Below are positions 50,067 to 58,989 of a DNA stretch of 64,000 bases, piece after piece. Under the pieces are notes generated by a model that did no database searches, was not told the origin of the DNA, and was given only the letters and a program-made list of their open reading frames with translations. Made by a program: the position numbers and the translations under genes. The stretch is from Nitrospirota bacterium (GTDB taxonomy: Bacteria > Nitrospirota > UBA9217), in the NCBI GenBank assembly GCA_029858565.1, contig JAOUEV010000001.1, forward strand, positions 156,678 to 220,677, given 5' to 3'. How positions within the stretch are numbered: position 1 is the first letter of the stretch; each line of letters starts with the position of its first letter.

Positions 50067-50092
50067 GGGCGGCCACGCGGGGCCGCCCCTAC
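50067..50092 (-). repeat. GTAG-type REP palindrome
   Basis: Minus strand GTAG-GGGCGGCC-ccgcgt-GGCCGCCC. Confidence 0.7.
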
Positions 50093-50105
50093 TGGCGTCT
50101 TGCGG

Positions 50106-51263
50106 TTATTTCTGCCTTGTCGCTTCCTTGACCATGTCGAGGCCGATCACGGTGCGCTGGATCTGGTTGGTGCCCTCGTAGATCTGGAGGATCTTGGCGT
50201 CGCGCATCATCTTCTCGACGGGGTATTCCTTCATATAGCCCGAGCCGCCCATCACCTGGACAGCGTCGGTGGTGACTTTCATTGCCGTGTCGGTAGCGAA
50301 GAGCTTGGCCATTGCCGATGCGCGGGAGAAGTCTTTGGCGCCGCTGTCGATCATCCGGGCGGCGTTGTAGACCAGGGAACGGGCCGCTTCGGTCATGGTC
50401 TGCATGTCCGCGAGCATGTGCTGGACCGCCTGGAAGGAGGTGACCGGCTGGCCGAACTGGACCCGGCCCTTGGCGAACTTGATGCACTCGTCGATGGCGC
50501 CCTGGGCAACGCCGACGCCCTGGGAGCCCACGCCTGCGCGGGAACTGTCGAGGGTCTTCATGGCCACGATGAAGCCCATGCCCTGCTTGGCGATGAGGTT
50601 CTCCTTGGGGATGCGGCAGTTGTTGAAGATGAGCTCGGTCGTGGAGGACGACCGGATGCCCATCTTGTTCTCCTTCTTGCCGAAGGTAAAGCCCGGGGTG
50701 CCTTTTTCCACCACAAAGGCCGACGCGCCGCGGGGGCCTCTGGACTTGTCCGTAATGGCGATGATGGTGTAGATGTCCGCCTCACCGCCGTTGGTGATCC
50801 ACTGTTTCGTGCCGTTCACGACATACTCATTACCTTCGAGCTTTGCCGTGGTCTGAATGCCGCTCGCGTCGCTGCCCGCATTCGCCTCGGTCAGGCCGAA
50901 AGCGACCAGCTTTTTGCCCGCTGCGATGTCGGGCAGATATTTCTTCTTCTGTTCATCGGAGCCGAAGAGCAGGATGGGATAGGTGCCCAGCGCGTTGGCC
51001 GCGTAGGTCGTGGAGACGCCGAGGCAGGCCTTGGAGATCTCCTCGATGGCGATGTAGAAGTCGAGGGTGCCCCGGCCCATGCCGCCGTATTCCTCGGGGA
51101 TGTAGAGGCCCATGAGGTCGGCCTGCGCCATGGCCTTCATGATGTCCGTGGGGAACTTGTTATGTTCGTCCAGTTCCGCCCGGACAGGAACGATCTTCTC
51201 GACCGCGATCTGACGGGCCAGATCACGGATCATCAGTTGTTCTTCGGTCAGCAAATAATCCAT
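50106..51263 (-). CDS. Acyl-CoA dehydrogenase (Bcd-like)
   Basis: LTEANAGSD, GTKQWITNG, KMGIRSS, RVQFG, GGSGY, IYEGTNQIQR. Confidence 0.93.
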   Translation of the reverse strand: MDYLLTEEQLMIRDLARQIAVEKIVPVRAELDEHNKFPTDIMKAMAQADLMGLYIPEEYGGMGRGTLDFYIAIEEISKACLGVSTTYAANALGTYPILLFGSDEQKKKYLPDIAAGKKLVAFGLTEANAGSDASGIQTTAKLEGNEYVVNGTKQWITNGGEADIYTIIAITDKSRGPRGASAFVVEKGTPGFTFGKKENKMGIRSSSTTELIFNNCRIPKENLIAKQGMGFIVAMKTLDSSRAGVGSQGVGVAQGAIDECIKFAKGRVQFGQPVTSFQAVQHMLADMQTMTEAARSLVYNAARMIDSGAKDFSRASAMAKLFATDTAMKVTTDAVQVMGGSGYMKEYPVEKMMRDAKILQIYEGTNQIQRTVIGLDMVKEATRQK

Positions 51264-51329
51264 TACAGCCTCCGCGCTACAGAATTTTTATAAAAAGAGA
51301 TGAACCCGGATGAATTCTTGTTTTGTCGG

Positions 51330-52310
51330 TCACCAGCGGATCAGCGCCGATGCCCAGGTCAGGCCGCCGCCGAAGGCTTCGAGCAGGAGGAGGTCGTTGT
51401 CCTTGACCTTGCCTTCGCGGACCGCTTCGTCCAGCGCCATGGGGATCGATGCGGCCGAGGTGTTCCCGTACTTGTGGATCGTGAGCATGACCTTTTCCAT
51501 GGGCATGTTCAGCCGCTTGGCCATTGCCTGGATGATCCGGAGGTTCGCCTGGTGCGGGATCAGGAGGTCTATCTCCTCGGGCTTTACTTTATTGTGGGTC
51601 AGCGCCTCTTCCACCACCTCTTCAAGCGCGCGCACGGCGACCTTGAAGGTCTCGTTGCCTTTCATCTTGATGTAGTGCTGCCTCCGCTCGACAGTGTCGG
51701 CGGTCGCGGGATGGGCCGCGCCGCCCGCCGGGATGTGCAGCAGGTCCCCGAAGTTCCCGTCGGAATGGAGATGGGTCGAGAGGACCCCGCGCTTGCCCGC
51801 GTGGCGCTGGAGAACGGCCGCGCCGGCGCCGTCACCGAAGAGCACGCAGGTCGTGCGGTCCTCCCAGTCAGTGAACCGGGAGAGCGCCTCGGCTCCCACG
51901 ACGAGGATGGTCGTGTACATGCCGCTTTTGATGAAGGCGTCGGCGATGGAAATGCCGTAGAGGAATCCGGAACAGGCTGCATAGACGTCAAATGCCGCCG
52001 CTTTCTTGGCATGGAGCTTGGATTGGAGCACGCAGGCCGTGCTCGGCATGGCCGTGTCCGGCGTGAGCGTGCCCACGATGATCAGGTCGATGTCCTGGGC
52101 TGCGATGCCCGCGGCCTTGATCGCCTTGTGGCCGGCCTCGTAGGCGAGGTCCGATGTGGTCTGGCCTTTTTCGCAGACCCGCCGTTCCCTGATCCCCGTG
52201 CGTTCCACGATCCAGTCGTCGCTCGTCTCGACCATCTTCTCGATGTCGTGGTTGGTCAGCACCTTTTTTGGCGCGTAGGACCCGGTTCCGATAATACGTG
52301 CGTGGATCAT
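51330..52310 (-). CDS. fabH: 3-oxoacyl-ACP synthase III
   Basis: AACSGF, LFGDGAGA, PHQANLRII, YGNTSAAS, FGGGLTW. Confidence 0.96.
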   Translation of the reverse strand: MIHARIIGTGSYAPKKVLTNHDIEKMVETSDDWIVERTGIRERRVCEKGQTTSDLAYEAGHKAIKAAGIAAQDIDLIIVGTLTPDTAMPSTACVLQSKLHAKKAAAFDVYAACSGFLYGISIADAFIKSGMYTTILVVGAEALSRFTDWEDRTTCVLFGDGAGAAVLQRHAGKRGVLSTHLHSDGNFGDLLHIPAGGAAHPATADTVERRQHYIKMKGNETFKVAVRALEEVVEEALTHNKVKPEEIDLLIPHQANLRIIQAMAKRLNMPMEKVMLTIHKYGNTSAASIPMALDEAVREGKVKDNDLLLLEAFGGGLTWASALIRW

Positions 52311-53320
52311 TTGTTCTTAGCCAGCTCCATATTGCATGCGATATCTTCGTGGATGTGGCGGTTCACTTCGCTCTTCGCGAACTCCACGGCCACGCGGATG
52401 GCGTTCTTGATCGCCCGGTCCGAGGAACGGCCGTGGGATATGATGCTGATGCCGTTGATGCCGAGGAGCGGGGCGCCGCCGTATTCAGCGTAGTCCATTT
52501 TCCGCTTCAGCGCCTGGAACGCCGGACGCATGAGGATGTAGCCCGCCTTGCGGAGCGGGTTGGATCCGATATTCTCGCGCAGGATCGCGCCGATGGCCTC
52601 TGCCACACCCTCCGCGGTCTTGAGCACCACGTTCCCGATGAATCCGTCGCAGACGATGACGTCGGCCTTGCCCATCATCACGTCGCGGCCTTCCACGTTC
52701 CCGATGAAGGTCAGCGTGGTCTCCCGGAGGAGCTTGTAGGTTTCCTTGGTGAGCTCGTTCCCCTTGGTCTCCTCCTCGCCGATGGACAGGAGCCCGACGC
52801 GGGGGTTCGGGTTTCCGAGCAGGTGTTTTGCGAACACCTCTCCCATGACGGCGAATTGGACCAGATGGCTCGGCTTGCAGTCCACGTTGGCGCCGAGGTC
52901 GAGGACAACCGATGACCCCTTGACCGTCGGCATGATCATGGCGATGGCGGGCCGCTCGACGCCCTCGATCGTTCCCAGGACGAATAGGGACGCGGCCATG
53001 GCCGCGCCGGTGTGGCCAGCGCTGATCACTGCGACGGCCTCGCCGCTCTTGACGAGCTCGTTGGCAACGCGGATCGACGAGTCCTTTTTCCTGCGGAAGA
53101 CCGTGGCGGGCGAGTCAAGCATGTCCACGACCTGGGTGGCGTTCCGGATCTCGATAGGAAGGGACGCTGCTGCAGGGTGGTTCTTAAGCTCGGCCTCGAT
53201 GGACTCCCGGAGGCCGACAAGGATGATGCCCACACCGTATTCCTGCGCCGCCTGCACTGCACCGGCGACAACGGCCCGTGGCGCGAAGTCACCACCCATG
53301 GCGTCAACTGCGATCTTCAT
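52307..53320 (-). CDS. plsX: Phosphate acyltransferase
   Basis: AVDAMGGD, RPAI, DLGAN, GEEETKG, DGFIGN, HGRS. Confidence 0.96.
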   Translation of the reverse strand: MKIAVDAMGGDFAPRAVVAGAVQAAQEYGVGIILVGLRESIEAELKNHPAAASLPIEIRNATQVVDMLDSPATVFRRKKDSSIRVANELVKSGEAVAVISAGHTGAAMAASLFVLGTIEGVERPAIAMIMPTVKGSSVVLDLGANVDCKPSHLVQFAVMGEVFAKHLLGNPNPRVGLLSIGEEETKGNELTKETYKLLRETTLTFIGNVEGRDVMMGKADVIVCDGFIGNVVLKTAEGVAEAIGAILRENIGSNPLRKAGYILMRPAFQALKRKMDYAEYGGAPLLGINGISIISHGRSSDRAIKNAIRVAVEFAKSEVNRHIHEDIACNMELAKNK

Positions 53321-53405
53321 CAGCGTTCACGCTCCCACAATACAAAAGGCAAAGGAGCGTCCCGGAGTTGTTCAGGATCCTCGCTTTGCCTTTTCATGAG
53401 TCTGG

Positions 53406-53588
53406 TTAGATCTGCTGGACGGCGACGACCTCGCGGCCGTTGTAGGTGCCGCAAGACAGGCAGGCGTGGTGCGGCTTCTTGACTTCCTGGCACTGCGGGC
53501 AGACCGTGAGATTGGGCGCTTTGAGGTATTTATGCGTGCGCCGCTTGTCCCTGCGGGACTTTGAATGTCGGTGTTTTGGGTTTGCCAT
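53406..53588 (-). CDS. rpmF: 50S ribosomal protein L32 (Zn-binding type)
   Basis: MANPKHRHSKSRRDKRR...CPQC...HHACLSCGTY. Confidence 0.96.
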   Translation of the reverse strand: MANPKHRHSKSRRDKRRTHKYLKAPNLTVCPQCQEVKKPHHACLSCGTYNGREVVAVQQI

Positions 53589-53596
53589 TTCCGATG

Positions 53597-54127
53597 TTAC
53601 TCCTTTTCCGGTTTAATGATCTTTTTCAATACTGCGAAGGGGCTTTCGGGGCTCTCCATCGCTTCTTGTGTGCAGGTGCACTTCTTCTCGTTTCGATCGA
53701 CGCCGCAGACCGGGCAAAGCCCTTTGCAGTCGCTCGCATGGACCGGGACCATGGGCAGCGCGAGAAGGACCTGTTCCCGGACAACGTCCGCGGGTTCGAT
53801 CTCGTCGCCTTTGTAGAACTCCATGTCCAGCTCGCCCCGTCCCAGCTCGTGCTCACCCGGTGCTTCCAGGAGACGCTCGGGCGCGAGGTCGAAGTCCATG
53901 ACCGCGTCCTTGACCGCGAAATCGAACTCCTTGAGACAGCGGCTGCACTCGAGGACCGCTGTCGCAGTGAGTGTTCCACTTATATGGAAGAGCCCGCTGC
54001 CTTCAGGTTTGATCTTGACCGTTGCCTGGAACGATGCGGTCTTTGCTCCCTCCTGAAACAAATCTGCCTTGTCCAGGACGTCGATCGTCATTCCTTCAGG
54101 AGGTATGTCGTTGATCTTAATAGCCAT
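53597..54127 (-). CDS. yceD: YceD/DUF177 protein
   Basis: CSRCL, LALPM...CKGLCPVCG; canonical position before rpmF. Confidence 0.92.
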   Translation of the reverse strand: MAIKINDIPPEGMTIDVLDKADLFQEGAKTASFQATVKIKPEGSGLFHISGTLTATAVLECSRCLKEFDFAVKDAVMDFDLAPERLLEAPGEHELGRGELDMEFYKGDEIEPADVVREQVLLALPMVPVHASDCKGLCPVCGVDRNEKKCTCTQEAMESPESPFAVLKKIIKPEKE

Positions 54128-54156
54128 TTTGCCCGCTTTCGGGGCCAGAGTCACGA

Positions 54157-54185
54157 ATTATAAGGCGAAGTGCCTGCTTTGTCAA
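54157..54185 (-). promoter_or_regulatory. Perfect consensus sigma70 promoter of the yceD-rpmF-fab operon
   Basis: TTGACA, 17 nt, TATAAT. Confidence 0.85.
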
Positions 54186-54249
54186 GGGAAAAGACCGGTC
54201 ATAGCGGATCGCGATTCCCCTGTCCGGAGAATGTATTATAATATAAAGA

Positions 54250-54576
54250 ATGAAGCGTTCACGAGAGTATATCCCGGTCGAGGCCCATGACACGGTACGT
54301 CAGGCGATCATGCATGCTCTTGAAGAGGGGCCGATGTCCTCAATGGACATTTCGGGGCTCGTAGGGATTCCGGAAAAGGAGGTTGCCGGCCACCTGGAGC
54401 ATATCCGAGTGTCGCTCCATCGCTCGGGAAAAGCATTCATTGTCCAGCCCGCTGAATGCGTCAAATGCGGATTTGTCTTTGAAAAGCGCGACCGGCTCAC
54501 CCGGCCGGGCAAGTGTCCGGTCTGCAGGAGCGAATCGATCCATGCCCCGCTGTTCTCGATAGAAAGCCTCGGTTGA
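54250..54576 (+). CDS. HTH plus Zn-ribbon transcriptional regulator
   Basis: HTH (DISGLVGIPEKEVAGHLEHI); CVKCGF...CPVCRSE. Confidence 0.85.
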   Translation: MKRSREYIPVEAHDTVRQAIMHALEEGPMSSMDISGLVGIPEKEVAGHLEHIRVSLHRSGKAFIVQPAECVKCGFVFEKRDRLTRPGKCPVCRSESIHAPLFSIESLG

Positions 54577-54814
54577 TAGATAGTTGTCCGCTTGTCGCAT
54601 ATAACAACCAGTTCAACAACGCATTACCGCTTTGAGAAGGCGACCGGGTAGGTGTTCGGACGATTCTATGGCAGGCCGAAGCTGAGATGGATCATAGCTC
54701 AGAACTCTATCACGACGCTATATCGGGGGGGCATTGATAATATATGAAGAATAGTACCGTGATTGATGAGCGGTACAGGAGTGAGGTCGCTCAAGGGCAC
54801 TGCGCACAATCGTG

Positions 54815-55030
54815 TCAGTTCTTTTTCACGCCGGCCATCACTTTCAGGATCAACAGCACCCAGGGAATGCTGTGGTAGAAAAGGTCGAACCAGTCGATGG
54901 GGCGGGAGAGCGTCCCGTTCTTCAGCATCAGGAGCTTTTCCCAGATATGGGGCGGGGCGAACGGTGCAAGGCCCAGCGACAGGCAGCCGATGATAATAAT
55001 GCTCCAGGGTAGTTTGTCGAGAAAGTTCAT
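54815..55030 (-). CDS. Small conserved membrane protein
   Basis: LGLAPF..PHIWEKL.ML..G.L.RPIDWFDL..H..PW pattern. Confidence 0.75.
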   Translation of the reverse strand: MNFLDKLPWSIIIIGCLSLGLAPFAPPHIWEKLLMLKNGTLSRPIDWFDLFYHSIPWVLLILKVMAGVKKN

Positions 55031-55309
55031 GCGCTTTTTACCGTCCATTAAAGTGTCCGACCTGAACTACTATATACCACAGAACAGCACAGAGCCAAAG
55101 GATTGTGTGTTCCTACAGATTCAACCTTTTATTTCAGACTGTGTCAAACCATGACAGCGCGATCAGGGCAGTGTACCTGAACGACGTATGTGTTGCAGAT
55201 TGAAGCGTCGTATGACGGCTATCTGCGTCCCTTTGCAGGAAGGCCGCTGCGGTATAATATGTCAAGTCCGCCTGTCGGACGAAATCGCTATTTGGGGAGG
55301 GTATCTGCA

Positions 55310-56773
55310 ATGGTTATTCAGATCAAGCAAGGCTGGTACAGGTGGTTCTTCGCAATTGCTGCGGCGGTGCTGCTGCTGCAGGTCCATCACGCGCAGGCGA
55401 AGGACGGCGTGGTCCCGCAGGAGAGCAAGACATTCCTCAAACAATTAAGCGCTTCGCTCGCTGATGTGGCAGAGGCGGTGAAACCTTCGGTGGTGAACGT
55501 TTCCACGACCACTTCGGTGTCAACGGAAGCGAATCCCTACGGCGACATGTTCAAGGATCCCTTCTTCCGCAGGTTCTTCGGCGACCAGTTCGATCATCCC
55601 AACGGGGGAAAGAAACAGCCGAAACGCAAGTCCGCGGCCATGGGCTCCGGAGTGATCGTGTCAACGGACGGCTACATCCTGACGAACAACCACGTGATCA
55701 AGGACGCGGACGAGATCACCGTGCTCCTGTCGGACAAGCGGGAGTTCAAGGGCAAGGTCATCGGGTCCGACCCCAAAACGGACCTTGCGGTGATCAAGAT
55801 CGACGCCAGGGATCTGCCCGTGCTGTCCCTTGCCGATTCCGACGGGCTCAAGATCGGCGACGTGGTCTTTGCCGTGGGCAATCCCTTCGGCCTGAACCAG
55901 ACGATCACCATGGGCATCGTGAGCGCCGTGGGCCGGTCCAACGTGGGCATCGCTGATTATGAGGATTTCATCCAGACCGATGCTGCCATCAATCCCGGGA
56001 ACTCGGGCGGCGCGCTCGTGAACACGGACGGCAAGCTCGTGGGCATCAACACGGCCATTTTCTCGACCAGCGGCGGGTACATGGGGATCGGGTTCGCCAT
56101 CCCCTCGAACATGGTCCGCATGGTAATGGACAGCGTGGTGAAGCACGGGAAGGTCGTCCGCGGATGGCTTGGCGTGAGCATCCAGAACCTGACCAAGGAC
56201 CTGGCCGAGCATTTCAGCCTCAAGGAGCGGCGCGGCGCCCTGGTCACCGACGTTTCAAAGGACAGCCCGGCGGAAAAGGCGGGCATGAAACGGAGCGATG
56301 TCATCCTGTCCTTTAACGGCAGAAAAGTGGAGGACACGACCGGCCTCAGGAACATGGTCGCCGAGACCAAGCCGGGTTCTTCCGCCGAGGTCACGGTGAT
56401 CCGGGAGGGCAAGGAAAAGACGCTCAAGGTCACGGTCGGAGAACTGCCGGACAAGGAAGGGAAGATGACCGTGCGCAAGGCCGAACGGGACAACGCGCTG
56501 AAGGGCGTCACGGTGCAGGAACTGAGCGCTGATCTGCGGAAGCAGCTCAACATCGACGACGATGTGAACGGCGTGGTGGTGACCGATGTGGCGCAGGACA
56601 GCGCGGCTGCGGGCGTGCTCGGCAGGGGCGACGTTATCCAGCAGGTGGACCAGAAGGACGTCTCCAACATCGCCGACTTCGAGAAGGCCCTTGCAGGCGT
56701 GAAAGCAAAGGACACAGTGCTGCTGCTGGTGACGCGAAAAGGCGGATCGCTCTTCCTGACCATCAAACCGTGA
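55310..56773 (+). CDS. degP: Do/DegP/DegQ-family periplasmic serine protease with two PDZ domains
   Basis: GSGVIV, TNNHV, DLAV, QTDAAINPGNSGG, GWLGV; RBS GGGGAGG. Confidence 0.93.
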   Translation: MVIQIKQGWYRWFFAIAAAVLLLQVHHAQAKDGVVPQESKTFLKQLSASLADVAEAVKPSVVNVSTTTSVSTEANPYGDMFKDPFFRRFFGDQFDHPNGGKKQPKRKSAAMGSGVIVSTDGYILTNNHVIKDADEITVLLSDKREFKGKVIGSDPKTDLAVIKIDARDLPVLSLADSDGLKIGDVVFAVGNPFGLNQTITMGIVSAVGRSNVGIADYEDFIQTDAAINPGNSGGALVNTDGKLVGINTAIFSTSGGYMGIGFAIPSNMVRMVMDSVVKHGKVVRGWLGVSIQNLTKDLAEHFSLKERRGALVTDVSKDSPAEKAGMKRSDVILSFNGRKVEDTTGLRNMVAETKPGSSAEVTVIREGKEKTLKVTVGELPDKEGKMTVRKAERDNALKGVTVQELSADLRKQLNIDDDVNGVVVTDVAQDSAAAGVLGRGDVIQQVDQKDVSNIADFEKALAGVKAKDTVLLLVTRKGGSLFLTIKP

Positions 56774-56796
56774 TAGTTGGAGCAACACCGGGAACG

Positions 56797-56834
56797 GAAA
56801 ATGCCGCTGCATCTTTGCAGCGGCATTTTCTTTT
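56797..56834 (+). terminator. Intrinsic terminator of degP
   Basis: gaaaatgccgctgca-tctt-tgcagcggcattttc-tttt. Confidence 0.85.
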
Positions 56835-56938
56835 GCATCATTCACGAACAAATGGGATCCGGTATATTTTATTCTGCAGGCGATTCGCAAACCCTCGCTG
56901 GCGTGCGGTCCTGACGAAGGTTGATACCTCCGTAAATA

Positions 56939-57192
56939 AGTTGAAAACAACTGCGAACTTCTGTCTCGCGCAAAGCCGCAAAGCTCGCAAATAAAAACAA
57001 TATCAGAAGCTCAAAGAAAAGCTACCGTGGGAGATGTGAAGACTTCAGAATGACGGCATCTTTCGGCCAGTTTTAGATCGTTACCGGCATGAAGATTGCC
57101 TTTCTTTGCGCTTTTGCGGCTTTGCGCGAGAAAGGGGATCCCTGTTCTATGATTGTTGATCGCTTGTGCATGAGAATCTCGCAATTTCAACT
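56939..57192. repeat. Nested inverted-repeat (MITE-like) element with CGCAAAG arrays
   Basis: Outer agttgaaa..tgcga / tcgca.tttcaact; inner tctcgcgcaaagccgcaaag (from 56964) / ttttgcggctttgcgcgaga (to 57131). Confidence 0.7.
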
Positions 57193-57380
57193 AACAGTCG
57201 AAAGACCCCGAAGGTTATAAGCTTTTTCAAGCTCTGCAGCACTTTCCCGCTCCCCGAAGCACAGACCCTGCCGTGTCCGCCCGGCATTGTGATCTGAGAG
57301 AACCGTTCTGCCTGGCCCTGTGGACGGTCTTGTTCAAGGGATGCCGGGCATCTGAAATGCAGTACGCTCAGGAAGCACCT

Positions 57381-57950
57381 TCACTGCTTTCTCGAAAAAT
57401 CCGCTCTCACGGGCTTCCGCTCCTCTTCGTTATCCAGCGCGAAGAACTCCTTCTGCTTGAACGAGAAAGCGGCGGCAACGATGTTCATCGGAAAGATCTC
57501 GGTCGTGACATTGTAGTCCCGCACCATGGCGTTGTAGAACCTGCGAGCGTGCTCGATGTTGTCATCGATCTCCTTCATGTTCGTCATGATCTCCCGGTAG
57601 TGGCTGTCGGCCTTCAGCTCGGGATAGGCTTCGGCGATCGCGAACAGGCTCTTGAGTGTTGCCGTCAGCATATTGTCCGCCCGGGCCTTTTCCTGGGGGG
57701 TCCGGGCCTGCATCGCCGCTGACCGCTGCTGCGTTACCCGGACCAGGGTATCGCTTTCATGGGCCGCATACGCCTTGACCGCCTCAACGAGGTTCGGCAG
57801 CAGCTCGTAGCGTTTCTTCAGGTGCACGTCGATGTCGGACCACGATGTCCGGACAGCGTACCGCAGACGCACCAGCTTGTTGTATATGTAGATGACGATC
57901 AGCAGGAACAGCACGCTCCCGGCAATGCCCGCAAGCACCTTGACGCTCAT
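57381..57950 (-). CDS. lemA: LemA family protein
   Basis: YNKLV, WSDIDV.LKKRY..PNLV, AEAYPELKAD, ARRFYN, FP.NIVA. Confidence 0.95.
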   Translation of the reverse strand: MSVKVLAGIAGSVLFLLIVIYIYNKLVRLRYAVRTSWSDIDVHLKKRYELLPNLVEAVKAYAAHESDTLVRVTQQRSAAMQARTPQEKARADNMLTATLKSLFAIAEAYPELKADSHYREIMTNMKEIDDNIEHARRFYNAMVRDYNVTTEIFPMNIVAAAFSFKQKEFFALDNEEERKPVRADFSRKQ

Positions 57951-57972
57951 CGTGGTCCTCCTTGTGCGAAGC

Positions 57973-58476
57973 TTATCGTGAAGGCCATTCGCCTTTCTTC
58001 TTTCTCGCCGCGGCTTCGGCCGGGCTCACGCCCATTTTTCTCCAGTCAGCCGCCAGGGTGTTGTGAAATCCCAGGTCCTTCCACGCGGCCGCTTCCTCGG
58101 GGACAAAACCCGCTTTGCCCCAGGCGCGCGCCTCATGGGGCCAGAAACCCCTGCTGTTCCATGCTCCGGCATTCTCGGGCTCAAAGCCCTCGCGGATCCA
58201 GATCGACGCATGGGGCGGCTTGAACCCGGCATTGCGCCACCGCACGGCCATGGCCCTGCCGATGCTCTCACGCTTCCAATCGTCGATCTCCGCGCCGCTC
58301 AGTCCGGTCCTTGACCAATCCCGGTCCTCAAGGTTTTCCTTGAGAACAACAGCATAATAGGGAACAGCATAGGAGGCAACAAGGCTCAGGACAAGGAGGG
58401 CACCGGCCATTCGGGGGGAAAAGATCCGGGCCGGACCTTTTGCCGTTGCCTTTTCCCTAGCACCCGGCCGGCTCAC
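57973..58476 (-). CDS. Single-TM protein made of about 8 Trp-anchored 13-aa repeats
   Basis: GTGA overlap with RBS GGAGG; WRNAGFKPPHASI, WIREGFEPENAGA, WGKAGFVPEEAAA and similar units. Confidence 0.8.
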   Translation of the reverse strand: MSRPGAREKATAKGPARIFSPRMAGALLVLSLVASYAVPYYAVVLKENLEDRDWSRTGLSGAEIDDWKRESIGRAMAVRWRNAGFKPPHASIWIREGFEPENAGAWNSRGFWPHEARAWGKAGFVPEEAAAWKDLGFHNTLAADWRKMGVSPAEAAARKKKGEWPSR

Positions 58477-58976
58477 GGCATGCCTCCGCTCAGCCGGGCT
58501 TTGGCGGCCTGTGCCGGGCTCATGCCTTTCTGCCGCCAAGCGGCCGCTTCCCCTGCATCAAAGCCGTGCTTCCGCCAGGCGATCGCATCGCCGGTGGAGA
58601 ACTCAAAGCGGATCCATTCAGCCGCTTTCCCCGGTGCAAAAGCATAGCGCCGCCATTCAGCAGCTGCCGCAACATCGGCCCGCGCATCGATCCACTCCCG
58701 CGCCTCGGCCGGCGGGATGTCCATTGCCTGCCACTGGCCGATCTCCGGTGCAGTGAATCCCTTGCTGCGCCAGGCGATCGCCGATCTCATGGAATAGACG
58801 CCGTTGTCCCACCACAACAGCGTGTCCCCGGGAGCAAAGCCGTATTTTTCCCAACGGGCGATGCGGGCGTTCTCGACCACCGCGACGACGGCAAAGGGGG
58901 CCAGGAACGAGAGCGCCAGGCTCAGGACCAGCAGCAGCCTCGATGACCAGGTATTCTTTGCGCCGGCAACATCCAT
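58473..58976 (-). CDS. Single-TM protein made of about 9 Trp-anchored 13-aa repeats
   Basis: RBS AAGGAG; WEKYGFAPGDTLL, WRSKGFTAPEIGQ, WRKHGFDAGEAAA and similar units. Confidence 0.82.
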   Translation of the reverse strand: MDVAGAKNTWSSRLLLVLSLALSFLAPFAVVAVVENARIARWEKYGFAPGDTLLWWDNGVYSMRSAIAWRSKGFTAPEIGQWQAMDIPPAEAREWIDARADVAAAAEWRRYAFAPGKAAEWIRFEFSTGDAIAWRKHGFDAGEAAAWRQKGMSPAQAAKARLSGGMP

Positions 58977-58989
58977 GGGACCACGCTCC

